From an uncultured Anaerolineaceae bacterium (GTDB lineage Bacteria > Chloroflexota > Anaerolineae > Anaerolineales > Villigracilaceae): a DNA stretch of 64,000 nt. Within the stretch, counting starts at the first letter, position 1. Each line of letters begins with the position of its first letter. The DNA lies in assembly GCA_964621295.1 (NCBI GenBank), contig CAZULT010000003.1:70-64069 (forward strand), in the 5' to 3' direction. The position numbers and the translations under genes are program-made. The notes under the pieces are model-generated. The model was given only the letters and a program-made list of their open reading frames with translations, did no database searches and was not told where the DNA came from. Positions 1 through 8,638 of the stretch are shown in pieces.

Positions 1-1
1 G

Positions 2-193
2 CTACACTACATAGGGCACCTGCCACCACAAGAGATCCTTTTCGAAAGTCTGATTGCATTTCGCGCGCTCCTGCCGATCTGTAAGCTTCAGGAAGATGCC
101 GATACATCAAGAAGCCGGACTCCCTGGGAAAGAAGACGACAACCAGGGAAGGAGTATGTTCTATCGACCAGTCGCCTGAAGATAAAAAATTGA
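2..193 (+). CDS. possible 3' end of an unidentified upstream gene (partial, runs off the window edge)
   Basis: Frame 2 is open from the window edge to TGA at 191-193 (63 codons, ...ILFESLIAFRALLPICKLQEDAD...). No family recognised. An AT-rich spacer follows. Confidence 0.25.
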   Translation, partial: LHYIGHLPPQEILFESLIAFRALLPICKLQEDADTSRSRTPWERRRQPGKEYVLSTSRLKIKN

Positions 194-449
194 TAAATAA
201 TTTTGATTTTCCGAACGAATTGTGACCTTCATTACTTTTTTCAAAGCAATTAGTTTGGTATACTCTTTTACAACTGGAGAGATCCTTTGTATTGGTAATC
301 AGCCGTGAGAAATCAACGTCGTTTCTCCGGCTTTGTATTAAATATCGTTTATGTCGAAGGAGGTGATGCTGACACGCCAGTCTTGTCCGCTGGATTGTAA
401 AGCCCGCACGATTGGGCAAAACGTCTTTTATTTTTTGGAGGAGGAAGAA

Positions 450-1721
450 ATGTCGAAACGTTTGTTTGCATTGCTCGCCGTATTGATCGTTGCCAGCATG
501 GCACTGACGGCGTGCGGCGGCGGTGCTGCTGCATTTGAATGCACGGATACAATCGGTTGTGTGGATGTCGCTCCGGACGAACCGATCCATGTCGCCTACA
601 TGCTCACCATCTCTGGTGCAACAGCCTACTTAGGCGAGGACTCCAAGGGCGCAATCGAAATCGCCGTGGATGACCGCGGCGGTAAATTGCTTAACCATGA
701 TATTCTGCTGACCGGCGAGGATTCCGGTTGTAGCGCTGAAGGTGGCCAGACGGCAGCTACGAAAGTTGCTTCTGATCCCACTATCATCGGCGTCATCGGC
801 ACTAACTGCTCCAGCGCCGCCACAGCGGCCATGCCGACCATCAGTGGCGCTGGCCTGGTAATGCTTTCACCGTCCAACACTGCCCCGGCTCTGACCCTCG
901 AGGGTGAGACCTGGCAGCCTGGCTACTTTCGCATCTGCCACACCGACCTGTTCCAGGGCTCGGTTGCAGCTGAGTTCGCCTACAATGAGCTGGGCGCGCG
1001 CACCGCGGCCACCATCCACGACGGCAGCCCTTATGCTGACCAACTTCAGCAGGTGTTCGCCGGCCGCTTCAAAGAATTGGGCGGTACGGTCACCTTCCAA
1101 GGTGCGGTCAACGTTGGCGATACCGACATGCGCGCTGTTCTAACCAGCGTAGCAGCAGATTCTCCAGACGTGCTGTATTTCCCGATTTTCGAGCCTGAAG
1201 GCGACTTCATCGCGGCTCAATCCTCGGAAATCGCCGGCCTGGAAAGCACGACATTGATGGGCGCCGACGGCTTACTGTCCGACTCGTTCCCCGAGAACGC
1301 CGGCCCGAATGCAGTTGGGATGTATCTTTCCGGTCCATACGTAAGCGGTGCAGCCTATGATGACTTCCTCGCGAAGTGGAGCGCCAAGTTTGGCGGCTCT
1401 CCCCCAAGCGGTTTCCACGCCTTCGCGTATGATGGCACCAACTTACTCATGGATGCGATTGAGAAAGTTGCTGTTGTCGACAGTGACGGCACAGTCCACG
1501 TAGGCCGCCAGGCTTTGCGCGACGCACTCGCTGGCGTCACTGACTACACCGGCCTGACAGGTAAGCTCAATTGCAGTGACAATGACTACAGTGCCTTTGG
1601 GATCACCAACAAGAGCCATGGTGACTGCGCCACCGGTGAAGCGCTGGGTATCTTCCAAATCACCCAGGCTGAAGTTGATGGCAATTGGCCGCCGCCAGTA
1701 GTATATACTCCTGGTAAATAA
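450..1721 (+). CDS. livK: branched-chain/hydrophobic amino-acid ABC transporter substrate-binding lipoprotein (LivK/LivJ family)
   Basis: The ORF track gives 351-1721. The internal ATG at 450 is preceded by GGAGGAGG (437-444) and opens with a lipoprotein signal, MSKRLFALLAVLIVASMALTAC. The body has the type I periplasmic binding-protein pattern (IGVIGTNCSSAA, LSPSNT). It lies directly upstream of livHMGF. Confidence 0.9.
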   Translation: MSKRLFALLAVLIVASMALTACGGGAAAFECTDTIGCVDVAPDEPIHVAYMLTISGATAYLGEDSKGAIEIAVDDRGGKLLNHDILLTGEDSGCSAEGGQTAATKVASDPTIIGVIGTNCSSAATAAMPTISGAGLVMLSPSNTAPALTLEGETWQPGYFRICHTDLFQGSVAAEFAYNELGARTAATIHDGSPYADQLQQVFAGRFKELGGTVTFQGAVNVGDTDMRAVLTSVAADSPDVLYFPIFEPEGDFIAAQSSEIAGLESTTLMGADGLLSDSFPENAGPNAVGMYLSGPYVSGAAYDDFLAKWSAKFGGSPPSGFHAFAYDGTNLLMDAIEKVAVVDSDGTVHVGRQALRDALAGVTDYTGLTGKLNCSDNDYSAFGITNKSHGDCATGEALGIFQITQAEVDGNWPPPVVYTPGK

Positions 1722-1737
1722 TTTTCCCTTAGTACCT

Positions 1738-1780
1738 GGTGAGTCAGAGGCCCCCCTCTGACTCACCATCTCATTATTTG
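1738..1780 (+). terminator. rho-independent terminator/attenuator between livK and livH
   Basis: Perfect 13-bp stem GGTGAGTCAGAGG (1738-1750) / CCTCTGACTCACC (1755-1767) with a CCCC loop, followed by a T-rich stretch (tctcattatttg). Confidence 0.7.
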
Positions 1781-1948
1781 AGTAATAAGCATTTCCAGAA
1801 AAACATGCAATCGACACTACTGGCAATTCATTTCGCGTTCAAGATAAGATCACAGTGATGGAATTATTGTTACGCAATACGCCAAATTTGGCTCTGAAAT
1901 TCCAGGTAAAATCTGAAAGGATTATCACAGCCCGTTGGGAGTTTCTAC

Positions 1949-3013
1949 ATGCTTAAACAATATATTGAACGATTCTCTTGGGTAAGCTTTTTCCTGAAAT
2001 TATTTCAGGTTGTTGCCCTTATTATTATCGTCATCGGGATTTACAACTCGGTCATCGCCGCCCACTACACATCCGGTCAATGGGTGACGTTGATTTTTGC
2101 AGGGCTGGCACAGGGCAGTATTTACGCTCTCATCGCTCTGGGGTATACACTGGTGTATGGCATTTTGTTAATGATCAACTTTGCCCATGGCGATGTATAT
2201 ATGGCGGGCGCTTTCACCTCCGTATTTCTGGCTGAGAGCTTCGCTACTTCAGGATTTCTGACAAGCCACCCGGTATGGGCAATTCTCATCCTCATCTTGG
2301 TGTCTGCAACAATCTCGATGGTGCTCAACGTGGTTGTCGAACGTATCGCATATCGCCCATTACGGGGAGCGCCTCGTCTGGTGCCTTTGATAACAGCCAT
2401 CGGCGCTTCCTTCACGATTGAATACACGTTTCGGGGTCTTTACGGTGCGGAATTTCACGCCTATCCAACTGTCCAGGCACTGGAAGGTGTTATCAATATC
2501 GGCGGTTATGAAATTCCGATAGTGCAAATCGTGGTGTTGATTGCAGCAGTGGTTCTTATGGCTGGCTTATATTTCTTTGTGGAACGCACGAAAATTGGCA
2601 AAGCGATGCGCGCTGTATCTGAAGATAAAGAAGTAGCGCGATTAATGGGTATTGATGTAGACAGAACCATCACAATTACCTTTGCCGTCGGCGGAGCCTT
2701 GGCAGGTGCTGCAGGTATCTTCAATGGTCTCTTCCGGCCTCAAGGCGTTTTCTTCTTCATGGGTTTTATCCCGGGAATTAAGGCTTTTACGGCGGCTGTA
2801 CTTGGTGGTATTGGAAACATTCCTGGTGCAATGGTTGGCGGCATCTTCCTGGGCGTTTTTGAAGCAGTCGGACCTAACCTAATTCTGGAAGGGTTGGGCA
2901 TTCCAGCTGTAAACCAATTGCGAGACGCCTTTGCGTTTACATTGCTTGTAATCATTCTGATCTTCCGCCCACAAGGTATCTTTGGAGAGCGGTTGACTGA
3001 AAAGAAAGCTTAA
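1949..3013 (+). CDS. livH: branched-chain amino-acid ABC transporter permease (LivH family)
   Basis: Polytopic membrane protein with the LivH core LAQGSIYALIALGYTLVYG...INFAHGD and a GxxxVLGG C-terminal region. GGGAG lies upstream of the ATG at 1949. Confidence 0.9.
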   Translation: MLKQYIERFSWVSFFLKLFQVVALIIIVIGIYNSVIAAHYTSGQWVTLIFAGLAQGSIYALIALGYTLVYGILLMINFAHGDVYMAGAFTSVFLAESFATSGFLTSHPVWAILILILVSATISMVLNVVVERIAYRPLRGAPRLVPLITAIGASFTIEYTFRGLYGAEFHAYPTVQALEGVINIGGYEIPIVQIVVLIAAVVLMAGLYFFVERTKIGKAMRAVSEDKEVARLMGIDVDRTITITFAVGGALAGAAGIFNGLFRPQGVFFFMGFIPGIKAFTAAVLGGIGNIPGAMVGGIFLGVFEAVGPNLILEGLGIPAVNQLRDAFAFTLLVIILIFRPQGIFGERLTEKKA

Positions 3014-3024
3014 GAGGTGCCAAG

Positions 3025-4734
3025 ATGTTCAAGACTCTACAACAAAATTTCCGCACCCTTCTACAATATGGAATTCTTGGCAGCATTGTAGCCTTTTACC
3101 TGTCTGCAATTGGTATTGTAGAAACCTTTACACTACGGAATCTAGTCGGTACGTTCCTATCCCTGGGACATGTATTCCTGGTCTTGGGGCCAGTTGGCGC
3201 CGGATTACTCTCTGCCAGGACATTGAAAGAAAAAAAAGCCGGTAATGGAGAGGTCATCATTGGCAGCTTCATCGCAGGGATAATCTCAAGTGTTTTCCTT
3301 GTCCTTTTAACAGTGATTATCCAGATATCTGTCGTTCAGGTTGGCGATACAGAAGCCGTATTTAAGTTGCGCGAAATGTTTATCAATTTCTCTCCGGCCC
3401 TGCTTGACTTCCTGACATTTGGACAGGGCTTGGCGCTTGGTAATATTCTGCTTATTCTTTTTAGCGGATTAATGGGCTTGGTTGGTGCCTCTTTCATTAT
3501 GCTGTCTGAAAAATGGAGGCGCGGTTGGATCAATAGTCTACTTTGGGTTTTAGGGTTAGGCTTGTTTTCCGAGAATGTTTCTCAAATTGTTGCCCAAACT
3601 TTGGGAACAGGCTTTAACAAAATCCTGTTCCTGAACAAAGCGCTTAATCCCGGTGCGGCAATAGTCATTTTTATCCTTACTTTTGCATTTGGGTTTTTCG
3701 GGGTCAACAAAGCAACACGCGCTAGGTGGAATCAATTGCCTGAAAGCAGTCAAAAGCGAGGTAAGGTTGGCCTGGTCATCCTGGGCCTTGTGCTGCTTGT
3801 CGCCCTGCCCTGGTTAGTAGGCCTTTTTCTGAGCCAGGCTCTCTTCATGATCGGCTTATTTGTCATGATGGGACTTGGTTTGAATATTGTAGTCGGTTAT
3901 GCCGGATTACTCGACCTTGGTTACGTTGCATTTTTTGCATTCGGTGCGTACACCATGGGCGTTCTAACATCAGCCGGGCCACTCGGTCGTAGTGATCTGA
4001 ACTTCTGGTTGGCAATCCCCTTTGCAGTACTGGCCGGTGTTCTCTGGGGCGTGATACTTGGCTTCCCGGTATTGCAGATGCGTGGCGACTATCTGGCGAT
4101 TGTCACACTTGGGTTTGGCGAAATCATACGCATTTTAGCGCTTTCGAACTGGTTGGCCCCGCTCGAAGGTGGTGCACAAGGTGTTCTGCACATTCCTCAA
4201 CCTCAGATATTTGGCTTTTTATTTGACAGCCCGCAATCGATGTATTATCTGGTTGTTTTGGGAGCAGGCTTAGCTGCGTTCGTGACGATCCGCCTCCGAA
4301 ATTCGCGCCTGGGGCGGCAATGGATGGCCATGCGCGAAGATGAGGATGTCGCAGAGGCCATGGGTATCAACCTGGTACAAACCAAACTCCTTGCCTTTGG
4401 CATTGGCGCAGCGTTCTCAGCTCTGGCGGGTGCTATCTTTGCTGCCCGCCTAGGAAATATCTTTCCTCACAGTTTCAACCTTTTGATATCTATCAATGCA
4501 CTCTCGTTGATCATCGTTGGCGGCATAGGAAGCATTCCAGGGGTTATCGTTGGCGCTTTAATCCTGGTTGGTCTGCCTGAAATGTTACGCGAGTTTGCGG
4601 AATACCGCTTGTTGATGTACGGTATTCTTTTAATCGTAATGATGTTAGTCAAACCGGAAGGCTTCTGGCCAGAAGCAAGGCTCAAGCAAGAATTACTGGC
4701 TGGCAAAGAAAAAACTGCCGGATCAGAAAGTTAG
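3025..4734 (+). CDS. livM: branched-chain amino-acid ABC transporter permease (LivM family) with about 250-aa N-terminal multi-TM extension
   Basis: C-terminal about 320 aa match the LivM pattern (GLNIVVGYAGLLDLGYVAFFAFGAYT, MRGDYLAIVTLGFGEI, REDEDVAEAMGIN). The N-terminal part is extra hydrophobic helices. Confidence 0.9.
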   Translation: MFKTLQQNFRTLLQYGILGSIVAFYLSAIGIVETFTLRNLVGTFLSLGHVFLVLGPVGAGLLSARTLKEKKAGNGEVIIGSFIAGIISSVFLVLLTVIIQISVVQVGDTEAVFKLREMFINFSPALLDFLTFGQGLALGNILLILFSGLMGLVGASFIMLSEKWRRGWINSLLWVLGLGLFSENVSQIVAQTLGTGFNKILFLNKALNPGAAIVIFILTFAFGFFGVNKATRARWNQLPESSQKRGKVGLVILGLVLLVALPWLVGLFLSQALFMIGLFVMMGLGLNIVVGYAGLLDLGYVAFFAFGAYTMGVLTSAGPLGRSDLNFWLAIPFAVLAGVLWGVILGFPVLQMRGDYLAIVTLGFGEIIRILALSNWLAPLEGGAQGVLHIPQPQIFGFLFDSPQSMYYLVVLGAGLAAFVTIRLRNSRLGRQWMAMREDEDVAEAMGINLVQTKLLAFGIGAAFSALAGAIFAARLGNIFPHSFNLLISINALSLIIVGGIGSIPGVIVGALILVGLPEMLREFAEYRLLMYGILLIVMMLVKPEGFWPEARLKQELLAGKEKTAGSES

Positions 4735-4743
4735 GAGAACGGC

Positions 4744-5550
4744 ATGAGCGTAATTCTTACAGCAACCCACGTAACCAAACGCTTTGGCGGTCTTATTGCC
4801 GTCAATGAATTCGACTTGACTATCGAAGAGAAATCTATCTCGAGCGTAATTGGTCCTAATGGAGCCGGTAAAACCACGTTCTTTAACTGCATTACCGGCT
4901 TTTATGTTCCAGAAGAAGGCGAGATCGTCTTCGATGGTCATCGTATTCAAGGGTTGTCCACTGATCGCATCACATATTTCGGAATTTCTCGCACCTACCA
5001 GAACATTCGGCTCTTTTCTAATATGACTGCCATCGAGAACATTTTAGTTGGCCAACACCCACATTTGAAAGCACTTTGGATAGAGGCCTTATTCAAAAGC
5101 CCGCGTTTTCTGAAAGAGGAAAAAGTGGCTCTTGAGGAAGCCATCCGTCTATTGAGTTTTGTCGGCTTAACCGGGTTTGGAGATCAACTTGCCCATAACA
5201 TGCCATATGGTGCACAACGACGTCTGGAGATTGCGCGCGCGCTGGCCAGCAAACCCAAGCTGCTCTTGCTGGACGAACCAACCGCGGGAATGAATCCGAA
5301 CGAATCTGCCGAGATGATGCACTTTATTCAGCGCTTGCGAGATGAGTTGGATATCACCATCTTGCTTATCGAGCATGACATGCGGGTTGTTATGGGCATC
5401 AGTGAGCAAATCTCCGTCATGGATTTCGGCATGAAGATTGCTGAAGGAACTCCAAAGGAAATTCAGCATAATCCGAGAGTGATTGAGGCCTACCTTGGGC
5501 GGGGTGCTGCCGCTGGCCTGGAACTTGAAAGTAAAGGCGCACAGGCCTAA
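4744..5550 (+). CDS. livG: ABC transporter ATP-binding protein (LivG family)
   Basis: Walker A GPNGAGKTT, LivG-type insertion, signature region YGAQRRLEIARAL, Walker B LLLLDEP. Confidence 0.93.
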   Translation: MSVILTATHVTKRFGGLIAVNEFDLTIEEKSISSVIGPNGAGKTTFFNCITGFYVPEEGEIVFDGHRIQGLSTDRITYFGISRTYQNIRLFSNMTAIENILVGQHPHLKALWIEALFKSPRFLKEEKVALEEAIRLLSFVGLTGFGDQLAHNMPYGAQRRLEIARALASKPKLLLLDEPTAGMNPNESAEMMHFIQRLRDELDITILLIEHDMRVVMGISEQISVMDFGMKIAEGTPKEIQHNPRVIEAYLGRGAAAGLELESKGAQA

Positions 5551-5567
5551 AACAGGGAGCGTGTACA

Positions 5568-6281
5568 ATGGCAATTTTGGAAATCAATAACATTCATACC
5601 TACTATGGCAAAATACACGCGCTTAAGGGCATTTCGCTAACAGTTGAAAAAGGCGAAATCGTAACCCTGATTGGCGCAAACGGCGCCGGAAAAACAACCA
5701 CATTGCGCACTATCAGTGGCCTGCTGCACCCCCGTGAAGGTAGTGTCATCCTTGACGGAGAAGATATCACGCACTCCCCTGCGCATGGATTGGTCTATAA
5801 AGGAATTGCAATGGTCCCAGAGGGGCGTGGCATTTTCTCGAAAATGTCAGTTCTCGAAAACCTTGAGATGGGTGCATACAGCCGCAGTGATAATTCCGGT
5901 ATTCAGGGGGACCTGGAATGGGTTTTTGAGCTCTTGCCTCGCCTGAAAGAACGTGCAAAACAGGTGGCGGGTACGCTCTCCGGCGGTGAGCAGCAAATGT
6001 TGGCGACGGCGCGCGCGCTCATGGCAAAACCGAGACTGATGCTGATGGACGAACCTTCGATGGGCCTGGCGCCTGTGCTTGTGGAAGCCATTTTTGATAC
6101 CATCCAGAAGATCAATAAAGAAGGCACAACGATTCTGCTGGTGGAGCAGAATGCTACTATGGCGCTCAGTGTTGCGCATCGCGGGTACGTCTTGCAAACC
6201 GGTCAGATCGTACTGACCGATACCGCTACGAAATTACGAAAAAACGAAATGGTGCAAAAAGCCTACCTGGGTATAGAATAA
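5568..6281 (+). CDS. livF: ABC transporter ATP-binding protein (LivF family)
   Basis: Walker A GANGAGKTT, signature LSGGEQQML, Walker B LMLMDEPS. Confidence 0.93.
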   Translation: MAILEINNIHTYYGKIHALKGISLTVEKGEIVTLIGANGAGKTTTLRTISGLLHPREGSVILDGEDITHSPAHGLVYKGIAMVPEGRGIFSKMSVLENLEMGAYSRSDNSGIQGDLEWVFELLPRLKERAKQVAGTLSGGEQQMLATARALMAKPRLMLMDEPSMGLAPVLVEAIFDTIQKINKEGTTILLVEQNATMALSVAHRGYVLQTGQIVLTDTATKLRKNEMVQKAYLGIE

Positions 6282-6300
6282 CCGGTACATTCGAAACACG

Positions 6301-6340
6301 AAGCGCAGAGGTACAATAGGAACCTCTGCGCTTTGCTTTA
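6301..6340 (+). terminator. rho-independent terminator after livF
   Basis: Stem AGCGCAGAGGT (6302-6312) / ACCTCTGCGCT (6322-6332) with a 9-nt loop, followed by TTGCTTT. Confidence 0.6.
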
Positions 6341-6369
6341 CGGCTTGACCCAGGGATGAAATCAAGCTA

Positions 6370-7359
6370 ATGTTGATCCTCAACGCTGAAGAAGTGCGCC
6401 GCTCGTTGCCGATGAAGACCGCCATCGAAGCCATGAAACGCGCCTATGCCGCCCTCTCCGATGAGAAGGCGGAAGTCCCGCTCAGAACCCGGCTTAGCGT
6501 TCCGTCTCAAGAAGCCGTCAGCCTTTTTATGCCAGCCTATGTGCAAACCGAGCAGGGGGACGCGCTGGGCGTCAAAGTGGTTTCGCTATTCCCCAACAAT
6601 CCTGCCCGCAGCCTGGCATTCATCCAGGCAGCCGTTCTCGTGTTAGAGGCGGACACCGGACGGCCGGCCGCCCTGCTCGAAGGCGGCACATTGACAGCCA
6701 TCCGGACTGGCGCCGGCAGCGGGGCAGCCATCGACTTGCTGGCACGTAAGGATAGCAGAGTGCTGGCAGTTTTCGGCGCGGGAGTCCAGGGGCGCACCCA
6801 ATTGGAAGCCGCCTGCAGTGTACGGGCGATCGAGCAGGCCTGGGTGTTCGATCCGTCCAGCGAGAAAGCGCAAGATTTTGCTCAGGAAATGAGCGCTGTT
6901 AAAACTGTCACGGCGACAATTTCAGTAGCGGATTCCCCACGGCAGGCCGTAGCCGAAGCCGATATTATCTGCACAGCGACCACCTCCGACCTGCCCGTAT
7001 TCGAGGATGTCGACGTGAAACAGGGCGCACATATCAGCGCAGTGGGATCCTATACGCCTGAGATGCAGGAAGTCCCGGCCAAGACGGTTGCCCGCGCCTA
7101 TGTCGTCGTGGATTCGCGCTCAGCGGCATTGGCTGAGACCGGCGACCTGATCCGACCCCTGCGATCCGGATTGTTTCAAGAGGACCACGTCCAGGCTGAA
7201 ATAGGCGAGATCGTGCTGGGACGCAAACCTGGACGCAGTTCACTCGAACAGCTCACCTTTTTCAAATCCGTCGGCGTGGCAGTCCAGGACACCGTTGCAG
7301 CAGCGCTTGCCCTACAAAACGCCTTGCAACTGGGGCTTGGTACCCAAGTTCCTTTTTGA
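6370..7359 (+). CDS. ornithine cyclodeaminase / mu-crystallin family enzyme (cyclodeaminase or imine/ketimine reductase)
   Basis: Typical OCD-family N-terminus (LNAEEVRRSLPMKTAIEAMKRAY), Rossmann motif VFGAGVQG, and length 329 aa. Confidence 0.85.
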   Translation: MLILNAEEVRRSLPMKTAIEAMKRAYAALSDEKAEVPLRTRLSVPSQEAVSLFMPAYVQTEQGDALGVKVVSLFPNNPARSLAFIQAAVLVLEADTGRPAALLEGGTLTAIRTGAGSGAAIDLLARKDSRVLAVFGAGVQGRTQLEAACSVRAIEQAWVFDPSSEKAQDFAQEMSAVKTVTATISVADSPRQAVAEADIICTATTSDLPVFEDVDVKQGAHISAVGSYTPEMQEVPAKTVARAYVVVDSRSAALAETGDLIRPLRSGLFQEDHVQAEIGEIVLGRKPGRSSLEQLTFFKSVGVAVQDTVAAALALQNALQLGLGTQVPF

Positions 7360-7374
7360 ACAGGAGGACCCAAA

Positions 7375-8529
7375 ATGACGCTCCCAAGCAGCGCTGAGAT
7401 AGTCATCATCGGCGGCGGGGTGATGGGCGCCAGCACGCTGTACCATCTGGCTGCGCGAGGCCACAAAAATCTGCTTCTGCTCGAGAAGGAAGAGTTCTTT
7501 GGGCAGGGTGCTACGGGTCGATGCGCAGGCGGGGTGCGCTACCAGTTCTCGACCGAGATCAACATCCGTCTCTCCCTCAAGAGCCTGCCCATGCTGGAAC
7601 GTTTCAAGGAAGAGATCGACCAGGAAATCGATTACCGCCCGTGCGGATACCTGATCGTCTGCACCAATCAGCAAGACAAGGAAGCCTTTCAACGCAATAT
7701 CGCCCTGCAACACAGACTGGGCGTCGAGACTGAATGGCTGGACGGAGACCAGGTGCAGGCGCGCCTTCCACAGTTCCATTTCGAGGATGCCGTGGGGGCA
7801 ACCTTCCATCACAAGGACGGATTGGTCGATCCCAACAGCGTCGTGGCCGGCTACATTGGCGCGGCCAGCAAACTCGGCGCCACCGCGCTGAACAACGTGG
7901 AAGTGACCGGGATCGAGACCCGGCAGGGTCGCATCACCACTGTGGAAACGACCAAGGGGCGTGTATCGACCGGCCTGGTCGTCAACGCCGCCGGCCCCTG
8001 GGCGGGATTGGTGGGGGAATTCGCTGGTGTGCATATCCCTCTGACATCCCTACGGCGGCAGATGTTCACCACCACTCCCCTACCAGAAGTTCCAGCTGAT
8101 CTGCCTTTCGTGATCGATTTCGCCCAATCGCTCTACTTCCACCGCGAAGGCGAGGGCTTGCTGATCGGGATGTCCAATCCACACGAAATACACGGATTCG
8201 ATCAGAATGTGGACGAGGATTTCGAGTTGGTCAATCTGGAAGCGGCCATCACGCGCCTACCACTGGTCGAACAGGCTGGCATGGTCTCGCACTGGGCTGG
8301 TTTGTACGAGGTCACTCCTGACGCTCACCCCTTCTTCGGGCGTACGCCGGTCGAAGGATTCTATGTGGTCGGCGGGTTTTCAGGGCACGGCTTCATGCAC
8401 GGACCCGTCGCCGGGAAGTTGATCAGTGAACTGATCCTGGATGGCGAATACCGCACTCTGGACGTTTCCATGCTCGACCTGGCGCGGTTCTCAGAAGGGC
8501 GTCTGATTCGAGAGTACAATGTCGTCTGA
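7375..8529 (+). CDS. FAD-dependent oxidoreductase (DAO family; sarcosine-oxidase-beta / D-amino-acid-oxidase-like)
   Basis: N-terminal dinucleotide fold IVIIGGGVMGASTLYHLA and C-terminal GFSGHGFMHGPVAG motif. 384 aa. Confidence 0.88.
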   Translation: MTLPSSAEIVIIGGGVMGASTLYHLAARGHKNLLLLEKEEFFGQGATGRCAGGVRYQFSTEINIRLSLKSLPMLERFKEEIDQEIDYRPCGYLIVCTNQQDKEAFQRNIALQHRLGVETEWLDGDQVQARLPQFHFEDAVGATFHHKDGLVDPNSVVAGYIGAASKLGATALNNVEVTGIETRQGRITTVETTKGRVSTGLVVNAAGPWAGLVGEFAGVHIPLTSLRRQMFTTTPLPEVPADLPFVIDFAQSLYFHREGEGLLIGMSNPHEIHGFDQNVDEDFELVNLEAAITRLPLVEQAGMVSHWAGLYEVTPDAHPFFGRTPVEGFYVVGGFSGHGFMHGPVAGKLISELILDGEYRTLDVSMLDLARFSEGRLIREYNVV

Positions 8530-8638
8530 TGTTTTGGGTTGAAACTGCCCATCACGGCCGGCCCACGCCTACCTTACAGCTTTAGTTGGATAAAAAAAAA
8601 CACACCTCCCTAAAAGTTGCTTACCGGTAAAAAAATCC

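Noticed and set aside
351-449. Upstream extensions of several ORFs: livK 351-449, carboxypeptidase 9730-9789, amidase 33294-33587, 46121 gene 47177-47443, 49786 gene 50518-50655, mltG 24696-24866
   Set aside because: In each case an internal start has a good RBS and begins a signal peptide or canonical family N-terminus. The extensions overlap upstream genes or are low-complexity.
7312-8034. 240-aa minus-strand ORF opposite the FAD oxidase gene. Similar antisense ORFs occur at 26902-27618, 25967-26656, 29354-30121 and 18079-18735.
   Set aside because: All lie antisense to genes with strong family motifs. They are typical GC-rich shadow frames.
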